From Octopus vulgaris (taxonomy: Eukaryota), in contig OX597815.1 in the NCBI GenBank assembly GCA_951406725.2, positions 22,134,001-22,198,000 of the forward strand: a stretch of 64,000 nucleotides of DNA. The letters are read 5' to 3'. A model generated the notes under the pieces. The model made no database searches. It was not told where the DNA came from and saw only the letters and a list, made by a program, of their open reading frames with translations. Below, piece after piece: positions 41,657 to 53,786 of this stretch (positions within the stretch are counted from its first letter, which is position 1; the number at the start of each line of letters is the position of its first letter). A program made the position numbers and the translations under genes.

Positions 41657-42369
41657 TTATGAATAACGAATATTGTTGCAGGCCAATAAATCACCTTCCA
41701 TTATGAAGAAATTGCTGAACTGCTGCTGACGGTCATGAAATTTTGAAATCTTCACATCAGTTATTAGGAGATTCCACAGTTGAAGACGAGAACCTAGTGG
41801 CTCTGCCTTATTCTCAGGTAGTTGTAGGTCCGTGACAGAGTCATGAAGTTCCCCTAGTATAATGAGATGTGATCTAGAGGAGTGTGTTCCATCAAAATTT
41901 GGGTTACTCTGTAATCCAGCACTGTCATCCTTCTCTGCTTCCTCCTTCACCACTTTCATCATCTGACTCGAAGAATATCGAAGTTGGTGCATCAGGAACT
42001 GAGCGAATAGCTAATAGAATGTTTGGATATTCAATAGACTCTTTTTTCATGCCTCTTTTTTTTTTTTACTGGAGGTACCGTGCAGAAATAACAATTGTTG
42101 GTATAGTCTGTTGGCTACCGGCACGTCATTGGCACAACAAATAACATTTCTTTCATCTCCCTGTTCAATTATTGGTGAAGGCTAGCAGCACAAGTGTTGT
42201 AGCTCATGTGATGAGGCCACTTTTTATCCTGGTCACCAATCTTGCATCCAAAATAAAGGTGATATACCCTTCTAACCATAGCTGTTATACAGCGCTTCTG
42301 CGATGCAAAGGTCACCTCACCACAAATGTAGCAGAAGTTGTCTCCCTTATGCACACCAGTGCGAGGCAT
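41657..42369 (-). mobile_element. Chapaev(3)-like DNA transposase N-terminal remnant
   Basis: MPRT..DNFCYICGEVT..YHLYFGCKIGDQDKKWPHH..C, then NNCYFC and HLI..ELHD.V.DL.L...KAE.LGSRL..WNLL; family assignment is from memory of these motifs. Confidence 0.72.
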
Positions 42370-42559
42370 TTTAAAAAAAGAAAACAACAAACAATTAGCA
42401 GAACAGAAAAATTCACTCATAAATTTATCATTATAAAACAGAGCATGACAGCTTAGCAGCTTAGCACACGGAATTAAGAAGCGGGCATTTTAAACTAGTC
42501 ATGATGCATACGTGCATATATATATGTATACGTTCATATATGTAAGTATTCGTATGTTG

Positions 42560-42604
<45 letters not shown>

Positions 42605-42913
42605 TTATGTTTCTCTCTGCGTATATTCCACTAATGAGGCAAAGCATTCCTAGATGCAAAGCCAGAAATACGGGATCTGCGATTATCCAGTAATTTTTTA
42701 CTAGTTTTATTTTGTCTTTTTGTCTTTTCTCCGCGTGCTATATGAACACTTAATGTGGTTTTAGAGTCAGATCATGGCTGCTGTTTTCAGCATGGCGGTA
42801 TCTCGTAGCTACTCTAAGTTATAATTTTAATAATAATTATTACCTTTGAAGGTTTTTATTTCCATGCTGGCCACTTGATAAGATCGTTATTTAATTTAAA
42901 TTAACGATATAAT

Positions 42914-42977
<64 letters not shown>

Positions 42978-44670
42978 GTGTGTATGTGTGTGTGAATGAT
43001 ATGTGTGATGACGTATGTGCTTTAGTAAAAGGAAATTTAGAGAGAGGTAGACGACAAAGGTTAATGGACTGTAATTATAAGCTTTGTTTGATGCTCATTA
43101 CATGAATTATACGTTCTTTTATTTCTTTAGCAAACACCGTTAATTTCAGTTCCCAATTATTAATTTGCTGTCATTTTTTAAAAAGCTTTTCTAATTCTCA
43201 CAAGTATATTTCATATATATTTTCCCCAACTGTGTGCCATAATGATATCAACTATTCTGATTTTTCTCTAATGCAGACACTTGCATGCGTTGAGGAATAA
43301 TGGCGATGACTGGATTCTTGTTATATAATTTAAACAATTTGATATCTAACATGAATACAGATATAACTAAAAGACAAATTAGCAAAGGCTTAGTGTCGGA
43401 ACCTATTTTAAGGACGTTAAGGACATGTTAAAGTGTAACTGGACTGATCTAGGAGTCGAAACCAGATTGCCAAGTTATTTGTCAGACAAGCAAAGATTAG
43501 TGACATTATGTTGCTTACTCAAACCTTGAAAAATGATCAAGTAAGTAGCATTCAAATTTCCCAGTTCTTAGATAAGTACGAAACATCTTCTAAGATACAT
43601 CTAATATGTATCTTAGAAGAGCATAGATGAAACGCGACAATTTAACATTGTTATTATCTATAGATTATGCATAAAGTAAATCCACAGAGGGGAACACATA
43701 TTCGATATACCTGGTCAAAAGTAATGGTGATTAGACTTCTGTAAATATATTAAGTTATTGTTACAACACTTCATAGATCTTGTAGCTAGAGAAGAGATTT
43801 GGGCTGGTCGGTTATAATTGCTAAGCTGAGAAAGTAAACTTCATTTGTACATTTGTCTTATTGTGTATATTTCCTTTTGATCCAATGGTGCCTTGCTTCG
43901 GCTCTTTTCTTATCTCTTAATACATTTAATCTTATTTTCTCCACCCCAACACCTCCCACCCATTGCAATTGGCTAAGCTCTTACTACAAACTTTTCCCCT
44001 TCATCACACTTCTCATGCAGAGTTTTTTTTTTTTACCATCTCTCTTTAATATTTATACAACTTATTTATTCCATTTCCCATTCGTAATTCTGTGGTTGTA
44101 ATGTTAAAACTTGTATGATCTCTGTCTCTGAAGAAGTTCAAGTACCCGAAACCTCGGCTTTTGGCTATTCAGGGTAAATTAGCCCACTGTAAACTATATA
44201 TCTCTGAAATTTAAAGAGTATATGGTCTTCTTCACTGATAGACTGGTGCCTTGTTGATTTGATAATCCTCGATCTCTTAGCAGAATATTGCTGGTAGATA
44301 GGATGCAAGTCGAAGCTGATTGCAATACAATATCACTTCAGAGTCATAAAATTAGCTTCTCAACTTCCCCACCTGTACCCACCTTCTACTTCAGGTTCCT
44401 GATACTCTCACACCATCTCTCCCAAAACATCTTCTACTTCTCCGATGTTACACCCTATCTGTATTCCAGCCATCATTTGTTATTTTATTATGAAATTGAT
44501 ATCACTTACCCGATCTTTCTCACACTTTGAGAAAAGCCCAAAATACCAAATGTTTCACTCCTCATGGCAATTATATTTACTATATTCTTCCACAAACTCT
44601 TCTGTACATTAGCTGTTCCCTATTGTAGACCATCAACAGTTTCTTTGGATTCCGGATTGTACCATACCAT

Positions 44671-44963
44671 ACATGGCCTAGTGGTTAGGGCAGCGGACTC
44701 GCAGTCGAGGGATCGCCGGTTGGAATCTCAGACTGGGCGATGTGTGTGTTTATGAGCGAAACGCCTAAGCTCCACGCGGCTCCAGTAGAAGGTAATGGCG
44801 AACTTCTGCTGACTCTTTCGCGCAACTTTCTCTCACTCTATCCTCCTGCATCTTGCAGCTCACCTGCGACGGACTGGCATCCCATCCAGATGGGGAGCCT
44901 ATACGCCAAGGAAACCGGGAAACCGGCCCTTATGAGCCGTGCATGGCTCGAGAATGAACAAAC
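44671..44963 (+). mobile_element. SINE with a family B-like head, tail type 3
   Basis: tggcctagtggttagggcagcggactcgc head; tail gctcacctgcgacggac..cccttatgagcc is shared with 62110-62250. Confidence 0.85.
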
Positions 44964-46019
44964 ATACGTGATTACTGAGGCATTCTTGCTTGTTAAACTA
45001 ATTCGATATTTGTGGTTGTATACAACAATTCCACACGGCTTTCAAGACACTAAACTGCTGTAGAAGTGAAGGTATACACCTGACACACTCATAATAGTTT
45101 TGCTGTCCATTTCCAATGGATGAGAGCCGACGTCATCTTTGTCTCAAGAGGTGAGCAAATAACTTTTGAGTCGGTCAAAGATTTAACGGGTAGAGACGAA
45201 AAGCGAGGCGATGAATTAATACGTGGTATATTTATATTCTGAGTCTGGATCAATGTTGGCAGCAGAAACGGGTATTGTTGACAGACTGGGGAAGCAAATT
45301 TGCAGATATAACAGTTGAATGACAAAGGAAGCTGAGTAGTTGATTATCATGAAATACGTTAAGAGATTTTACAATGATTACTGCTGTCAATTTTGATATC
45401 CCTTCTTTTGTTCTTTTGATAGTTTCAGTCATAAGACTTTGGCATCATCAGCGCCGTACAGTCGATTATATTGATCGCAAAACATGCAGAAACTTCTTTT
45501 TAATCTAACTTGGAAAGATCAAAGTAGGGTTTGAAATAACAATAAAAAGGTACGTAAGCGAATAATATTTTGTCCGCTTTCTCCTGTTCAGGACACTGAA
45601 AAATGACAAAAATACTACAAGAGATATTCAAACCAAAATTTTATCCGTCTTTTATTACCACTCAGCAAAATCATTCGCATACTCAAATAATGTTATACAG
45701 GCACAAATATACACCCACACACACATACACACACTTTCGGGCACACATGTACTGACAAATTAATTACAGAGGTAAATTTGGGTCGTGTAATAACATCCAA
45801 CTGACATTATGAATGAAAACATTTTTTTCCACATCATTAAGCGAGAGAAGTAGTTTAAAATCTGTATAACATACTCTGCTGTTGATCAATGTTGAAAGCG
45901 CGGGTACACGCACACACACACACACACACTCACACTAACACATAAATGCTTACACATAACGCGAGCGCACCTGCATGCATACACATATACACACGTGAAT
46001 TTCTACGATAAAGAATTAC

Positions 46020-46246
46020 TATTACTATACTCTCCATATCGCGGTTCACTTATCGTGGTTTATTATTTAAGCTTAAGTTGATTCCTCTGTGGTGTTGTTT
46101 TGCATTTATAATAAAATAAATATATACAAATTATAAAAATAACAACAACAAAAATATGCAGTACAATACTGTTTCTACTTCGCGGATTTTCACCTATCTC
46201 GTGGGGTTTTGGAACATAACACCTGCGGTAGTCGAGGGATTACTGT
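46020..46246. mobile_element. Tigger/pogo-like MITE remnant
   Basis: Right end cgagggattactgt and internal tatcgcggttcacttatcg/cttcgcggattttcacctatc motifs; left end is decayed. Confidence 0.5.
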
Positions 46247-46364
46247 GCACTGAATTATTAAGACATCATGTTCTCATCATGGTTGTTATAGCCAAAATAT
46301 TTCGGCTGCTGACTCTTCGACCTTCTTCGAGTTACCGAATATAATAGTCAATTGAAAGACGTTG

Positions 46365-46925
46365 CCCAGGATATTAATCGTCTGGAAACTGTTCAGCGAC
46401 GTGCAACCAAGAGAATACCCTCCATCAGGCATTTGCCATATTCGGAACGCCTTACTTCCCTGGGTATGGATACATTGTAAATCCAACACCTAGCAGCTGA
46501 CTTGGCAGACACCCATAACATTATTAACCATCTTACAAACAATAACTCTGAGCACCTTTTCAAACTCCACCTGTCTAACACCCGTGGACATGTTTACAAA
46601 GTCAGAAAGCAGCACAGCTCCCATGACTTTCGAAAACATTTTTTCACGCTGGGAGTTGCTGAAGTATGGAACAAACTGCCGGCATCAGTTGTTAGTTGTC
46701 GGAGCAATGCATCCTTCAAAACTTCCATGCTTCCTGAGATTCGCCAACACTACACCAATCTTTCTCCCCTCCATACACACGCAAGCATGTATCTGACTCA
46801 TACACTGTTCACTTTCCAGACATTTGTACATTACTGCATATACTTTATATGCACTTTTGACAAGTTGTGGTGCACCTGAGCACTGTATACAATAATTTCC
46901 TTATTATCATTATTATTATTATTAT
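46365..46925 (+). mobile_element. CR1-group LINE 3' fragment
   Basis: DINRLETVQRRATKRIP..LPYSERL..LG, TRGH.YK, RKHFF..V..WNKLPASVV; (ATT)n tail. Confidence 0.88.
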
Positions 46926-47107
46926 TGAGTGAACGAGCAGAGCATGCCATCAAAGTGACACTGGGGTAAAATATACGAAGCCCAACATACCCATCATGAC
47001 TACCCGTCCGATAAGGGTACACTAGGCACATGCATCACAACCATATGTGCGCGACACGGCGATCCCATATCAAGACAAACAGCACATGATCTTGCAGGTG
47101 GAGCCCA

Positions 47108-47143
<36 letters not shown>

Positions 47144-47177
47144 TTAAGATGAAGACACTGGTTCCAATATATTAGTG

Positions 47178-47210
<33 letters not shown>

Positions 47211-47239
47211 GTGCGTGTGTGTATGTGTATGTATGTATG

Positions 47240-47273
<34 letters not shown>

Positions 47274-47279
47274 TGTATG

Positions 47280-47310
<31 letters not shown>

Positions 47311-47318
47311 ATATGTGT

Positions 47319-47637
47319 GAGGGCGCGTGGCTTAGTGGTTAGGGCATTCGGCTCATGATCGTAAGGTTGTGAGTTCGATTCCCGGCGACGCGTTGTGTCC
47401 TTGAGCAAGACACTTTATTTCACGTTGCTCCAGTCCACTCAGCTGGCAAAAATGAGTTGTACTTGTATTTCAAAGGGTCAGCCTTGTCACTCTCTGTGTC
47501 ACGCTGATTATCCCCGAGAACTACGTTAAGGGTACACGTGTCTGTGGAATGCTCAGCCATTTGCACGTTAATTTCACGAGCAAGCTGTTCCGTTGATCGT
47601 ATCAGCTGGGACCCTCGTCGTCGTAAACGGCGGAGTC
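47319..47637 (+). mobile_element. CORE-like SINE (family D head) with tail type 1
   Basis: tggcttagtgg A box, gagttcgattcc B box; tail matches 8250-8428. Confidence 0.88.
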
Positions 47638-47899
47638 TTTTAATAATGTATATATGTATGTATGTATGTAAGTGTGCATATGTATGAGTGAATGCGCAAG
47701 CACACACACACAGCTAGATAGACAGATAGATGTTTACTGAAGATTATTGCTTTAAAGCTATTTAAAGAATTACAATGGAACATTTGCCGATAAGTAAATT
47801 CAATACTAAAAGTAGAGACAAGTTTATAAAATTTGTTGACAGTTCTTTCTGCTGGTTGAAAAAGCCGTTAGGCAAAACATAATGCACGTCAAAACACAC

Positions 47900-48750
47900 T
47901 CACATACATACATACATACATGCATACATACATACATACATACATACATACATACATACATACATACATACACACATACATACATACACACATACACACA
48001 CATACATACGTACATACGTACATACATACATACATACATGCATACTATATACATACATGCATACATACATACATACATACATGCATACATACATACATTC
48101 ATACATACATACATACATACATACATACATGCATACATACATTCATGCATACATACATACATACATACATACATACATACACACACATACATACATACAT
48201 ACATACATACATACATACATACATACATACATACATACATACATACATACATAAATACATACATACATACATACACACACATACATACATACGTACATAC
48301 ATACACACATACACACACATACACACATACATACGTACATACGTACATACATACATATACACGCATACATACATACATGCATGCATACATGCATACATAC
48401 ATGCATGCATACATACATATATACATACATACATGCATGCATACATACATACATACATACATACATACATACATACATACACACACATACATACATATAT
48501 ACGTACATACATACATACATACATACATACATACATACATGCACATACGTACATACATACATGCATGCATACATACATACATACATGCATGATACATACA
48601 TACATACATACATACATACATACGTAAATACATACATGCATACATACGTAAATACATACATACATACATACATACACACATACATACATACATACATAAT
48701 ACATACATACATACATACATACATACATACATACATACATACATACATAC
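47900..48750. repeat. Very long degenerate (CATA)n microsatellite (about 850 bp)
   Basis: Direct inspection; source of the MYVC/HTYI ORFs. Confidence 0.97.
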
Positions 48751-49485
48751 GATTGCAATGCAAAAAAAAAATTAATTTAATGACAGACTTATTGCGCACA
48801 TTCTCATATTCAAATTTTAATCACTTTTAATTAGAATTATGTGTGTGTGAACTTATATATGAGTGCATGAGTGTGGGGGCGAAGGCATGTAAGAAGGAGG
48901 GGGGGCTAAATGCAGTGTGATTGTGTGTGTATATTTTTATATGTTAGTGTAACTGTGTATCCATAGGAGAATCTGTGCGTATGCATGTGAAATGTACCGG
49001 GGTTTGTTTGTAGTAACCAATAATTCACTGCGAAAATGGCAAATGTTTTTTTTTTTTCAACTAACCAGTTAATAATAGCTACTGACTTGGTGAATCGGAG
49101 TTCATGTACTAGAACAATTTGGGAAAGACAATAAATGATGGATGGGAAGGGAAAGGGGATGGTGATGCGGTGTGCTTGGTTGTGTGTGAAAGAGAGAAGT
49201 GTGGTAAGGGTGAAGGAGAAGAGAGGGAGGTATGGATTCTGAATTGTGTGGGTGTAGATATCAGAATGTAAATGTGTGGATGAAGAAAGAGGAAGAAGCA
49301 TTTTTGTAAATGGGTTGAGCGAGATATGTGAATGAATTCGAAAGGAGTCTGAGTTTAGAGTTGCTAATGATCCCCTATAGTTTAGGTGGGTGTGTGAATG
49401 TTTACAGTGCGGGGTTTGGTTGAAGTGTTTAGGGAGTGGAACTTCGAAGAGGGAGTTTGTGGTTAGAAACATCAATGAACAGATA

Positions 49486-49890
49486 GGTGCAGGAGTGGCT
49501 GTGTGGTAAGTAGCTTGTTTACCAACCACATGGTTCCGGGTTCAGTCCCACTGCGTGGCACCTTGGGCATGTGTCTTCTACTATAGCCTCGGGCCGACCA
49601 AAGCCTTGTGAGTGGATTTGGTAGACGGAAACTGAAAGAAGCCTGTCGTATATATGTATATATATATATGCGTGTGTGTGTTTGTGTGTCTGTGTTTGTC
49701 CCCCTAGCATTGCTTGACAACCGATGCTGGTGTGTTTATGTCCCTGTCACTTAGCGGTTCGGCAAAAAAGACCGATAGAATAAGTACTGGGCTTACAAAG
49801 AATAAATCCCGGGGTCGAGTTACTCGATTAAAGGCGGTGCTCCAGCATGGCCGCAGTCAAATGACTGAAACAAGTAAAAGAGTAAAAGAG
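49486..49890 (+). mobile_element. SINE family C, full length; a second diverged copy follows at about 49927-50230
   Basis: tggctgtgtgg A box, gggttcagtcc B box, internal microsatellite, aagtaaaagag tail. Confidence 0.92.
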
Positions 49891-50234
49891 AGAGTGAGAT
49901 ACAGAATTATACAAAACGTAGATACAGGCGTGGTAAGAAGCTTGCTTCTGAACCACATGGTTCCAGGTTCAGTCCTTCTGCGTGACACTTTGGGCAAGAG
50001 TCTTCTACTATAAACCTCGGGCCAGCCAAAACATTGTTGTGAGTGGATTTCGTTGACGAAAACTGAAAGAAGCCTGTCGTATATATGTTTATATACGTAA
50101 AATTAGCGGCTTGACAAAAGAGACCGATAGAATAAGTAACAGGCTTTTAAAAAAATGTACTGGGTTCGATTCATTCGGCTAAAAAATTCATCAAGGCGGT
50201 GCTCCAGCATGGCCGCGGTCTAATGACTGATTAC

Positions 50235-50647
50235 GGATCTTTTCGATTTGAACGGCAGTTTTTTCTAGCGGTGTCATATGAAATTGTCACCCATAATTAT
50301 GTCACTAGAATCGATCTATTGCATTTCAATCTCTTTTAGGGTTAGGGTTAGGGGTGGGGGAAGGGTATCTTTTTTTCTTCACAAATGTAAATAAACCCAA
50401 TCTGTTTCTTAAAGAGGGACATATTCATACGGCACAATGTTTTTTACCTCAATACACGTGATTGATTGGTTGAAATTGCAGAAATTGAAGAAAATATCTT
50501 ACAAATATCTTACAAACTATAGAATTTTCTAAATAAAGCCAAGAGAAAAAGATGTTTTATAAACACATTCTACCAGTATATGAAGTTTCAAATTTTTTAG
50601 TTACCTAGAAATTATGTTAAAAACTGCCATTCAAACCGAAAAGATCC
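50235..50647. mobile_element. MITE with about 29-bp TIRs, GG..CC ends and 8-bp TSD (Merlin-like)
   Basis: ggatcttttcgatttgaacggcagttttt / aaaaactgccattcaaaccgaaaagatcc; TSD ctgattac/ctgattgc. Confidence 0.85.
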
Positions 50648-51249
50648 CTGATTGCTCCCCAGTCCGCTTTGTAGAAGTTTATGTTGTCAAATAAATGCAA
50701 TGGAGTGAGATTGGCTGGCTTGGTTTTGATATGTCGGAAATCGAAGTTTCTGAGTATTATGTCGTGGTCTGAGAGGAAAGTTTTTTCAACTGAAATACTG
50801 TGGACGGAGCCAGAGTGGGTGGTTAATATAAGATCCAGTTAACGTTAACGAAAAGTTGAAAGAATAAAAGATAGCAAGTATCCATATTCCAAATATTGGG
50901 ATTTTATAAGGGAATCCCAGCAAACCTATGTTGCTATAAAAACATCTCTGGTTATTAAAGGATTTTGTTAGGGGAGTGGACCCGAAAGTTGTTCGCAAAC
51001 AGCAGCAGTAATTTCTTCAGCTGAATACACGTCATTGATTGGTTAAAATTACACAAATACGACAACTTTAACACGAAATAACTTCTAAAATACTTTTTTT
51101 TTGTCAAAAACGTTAAGATTCCTAGTATATTTCCGGAGTTGTAATTGTGAAGGGTTTGATTTTGTTCAGGCATTCTTCAAAGCACTTAACAGGTGCATGT
51201 AGGCTTTAAACAGCGGAGAGAGATGAAAGTCTCTTTGCTGGTAGACGTG

Positions 51250-51268
51250 TTAGTAGTAGTGACAGTAT

Positions 51269-51319
<51 letters not shown>

Positions 51320-51447
51320 AGTAGTAGTAGTAGTAGTAGTAGTAGCAGCAGCAGTAAGTAGTAGTAGTAGTAGTGGCAGTAAGTAGTAGTAGTAGTAGTA
51401 GCAGTATTGGCAGTAAATAGTAGTAGTAGTAGTAGTGGCAGTAAGTG

Positions 51448-51481
<34 letters not shown>

Positions 51482-51510
51482 CAGTAAGTGGTGGTAGTAG
51501 TAGTGGTAAT

Positions 51511-51549
<39 letters not shown>

Positions 51550-51577
51550 CAGTAAGTGGTAGTAGTAGTAGTAGTAG
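51250..51577. repeat. (TAG)n microsatellite with gtggcagtaa interruptions
   Basis: Direct inspection. Confidence 0.95.
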
Positions 51578-51922
51578 ATGGATATGTAGATTCGGTTGCC
51601 ATAGTGATGGCTGTGATGACTGAGGAGAGATGTGCTCTTGTCGAGGGGGTGGACAGCCACTGAGGTCAATGTTAAGAGGAAGTTGTTGCTTCTGTCCTTC
51701 TCCCACTTTGTCATCCGCTGCTCCTGAATTGTTGCAGAAGAGAATATCAAATGACGTTTTTTCCTCATGTATTTTAATGAGATTTATTCAAAAGAGAGGT
51801 AGCTTGTGTGGCGGTGATATTCAAGCATGGAATTCGAATATGTCTCCTGCCCAGCCCAGCCAGGCATTGACCGGAACATCAGCTTCACTCACTGTTCAGT
51901 TGGGAGGCATCTTAATTTTCGA

Positions 51923-53199
51923 GGCGGCGAGCTGGCAGAATCGTTAGCACGCCGGGCGAAATGCTTAGCGGTATTTCGTCTACCACTACGTTCTGAGTTC
52001 AAATTCCGCCGAGGTCGACTTTGCCTTTCATCCTTTCTGGGTCGATAAATAAAGTACCAGTTTCGCACTGGGGTTGACGTAATCGACTTAATCCCTTTGT
52101 CTGTCCTTGTTTGTCCCCTTTATGTTTAGCCCCTTGTGGGTAGTAAAGAACTAGGTATTTCGTCTGTCACTATGTTCTGAGTTCAAATCCCACCGAGGTC
52201 GACCTTGCCTGTCATCCTTTCGATGTCGATAAATAAAGTACCAGTTTCGCACTGGGGTTGACGTAATCCACTTAATCCCTTTGTCTGTCCTTGTTTGTCC
52301 CCTTTATGTTTAGCCCCTTGTGGGTAGTAAAGAACTAGGTATTTCGTCTGTCACTATGTTCTGAGTTCAAATCCCACCGAGGTCGACCCTGCCTGTCATC
52401 CTTTCGATGTCGATAAATAAAGTACCAGTTACGCACTGGAGTCGACGTAATCGACTTAATCCCTTTGTCTGTCCTTATTTGTCCCCTCTATGTTTAGCCC
52501 CTTGTGGGTAGTAAAGAACTAGGTATTTCGTCTGTCGCTACGCTCTGAGTTCAAATTCCGCCGATTCGACCTTGCCTGTCATCCTTTCTGGGTCGATAAA
52601 TAAAGTACCAGTTTCGCACTGGGGTTGACGTAATCGACTTAATCCCTTTGTCTGTCCTTGTTTGTCCCCTCTATGTTTAGCCCCTTGTGAGTAGTAAAGA
52701 AATAAGTATTTCGTCTGTCGTTACGTTCTGAGTTCAAATTCCGCCGAGGTGGACCTTGCCTTTCATCCTTTCGGGGTCGATAAATAAAGTACCAGTTACG
52801 CACTGGGGTCGATGTAATCGACTTAATCCCTTTGTCTGTCCTTGTTTGTCCCCTCTGTGTTTAGCCCCTTGTGGGTAGTAAAGAAATAGCTATTTCTTCT
52901 GTCGTTACGTTCTGAGTTCTTAATCCCTTTGTCTGTCCTTGTTCTGAGTTCTTAATCCCTTTGTCTGTCCTTGTTTATCCCCTCTATGTTTAGCCCCTTG
53001 TGGGTAGTAAAGAAATAGGTATTTCTTCTGTCGTTACGTTCTGAGTTCAAATTCCGCCGAGGTCGACTTTGCCTTTCATCCTTTCGGGGTCGATAAATTA
53101 AGTACCAGTTACGCACTGGGGTCGATGTAATCGACTTAATCCCTTTGTCTGTCCTTCTTTGTCCCCTCTATGTTTAGCCCCTTGTGGGTAGTAAAGAAA
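51923..53199 (+). mobile_element. SINE family A tandem array: one head plus 7 units of about 184 bp
   Basis: Units start at 51970, 52154, 52338, 52522, 52705, 52889 (internally rearranged) and 53018. Confidence 0.93.
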
Positions 53200-53272
53200 C
53201 ATATGTCATAGGATTTGTTCATCGTGATTAATGATCATATAATGCTATTTGCAAAGGACTTTCGTATTTATC

Positions 53273-53630
53273 TTTTACTTGTTTCAGTCATTAGACTCTG
53301 GCCACGCTGGGGCACCGCTTTGAAGGGTTTAGTCGAACAAATCGGCCCCCGTACTTATTTTACAACCGGGCATTTACGCTACCGGTCACTTTTGTCGAAC
53401 CTTTAAAGTTACAGGGACGTAAACAAACCAGTACCGGTTGTTAAGGGATGGTGAGAGATAAATATAGCACAAACAAAAAGACACACACGCATCCTCCCAC
53501 ACAACTAAGTACACATACGCACACATATACAGTATGCACGACAGGTTTCTTCACGTTTCCGTCTACCAAATCCATTCACAAGGCTTTGACTGGCCCAGGG
53601 CTATTGTAGAAGACATTTGACCAGATGCTT
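53273..53630 (-). mobile_element. SINE family C, diverged
   Basis: ttttacttgtttcagtcattagact...tttccgtctaccaaatccattcacaaggctttg. Confidence 0.8.
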
Positions 53631-53744
53631 GGAAAGCAAGGTTCTTTCGCACGATGCCGTATATATCATGTGTGTGTGTGTGTGTGCGTGCGCACGCGCG
53701 CATATGTATATATACGTACATACATATATATACATACATACATA

Positions 53745-53780
<36 letters not shown>

Positions 53781-53786
<6 letters not shown>

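Noticed and set aside
44120-44165. CTGAAGA...GAAAC hammerhead-like spacing
   Set aside because: Stem II and stem I do not pair convincingly and there is no clear NUH site
45420-45455. Minus-strand CTGATGA...GAAA
   Set aside because: No stem I or stem III; the GACTGAAA part is a decayed SINE C tail
50336-50360. Interstitial telomere or chromosome-fusion scar
   Set aside because: Only 2-3 TTAGGG units, and they are internal to a MITE present twice in the window
51923-52010. tRNA gene or HDV-like ribozyme in the family A head
   Set aside because: It has A and B boxes and hairpins but no complete cloverleaf and no nested double pseudoknot that I could build; it is a SINE head
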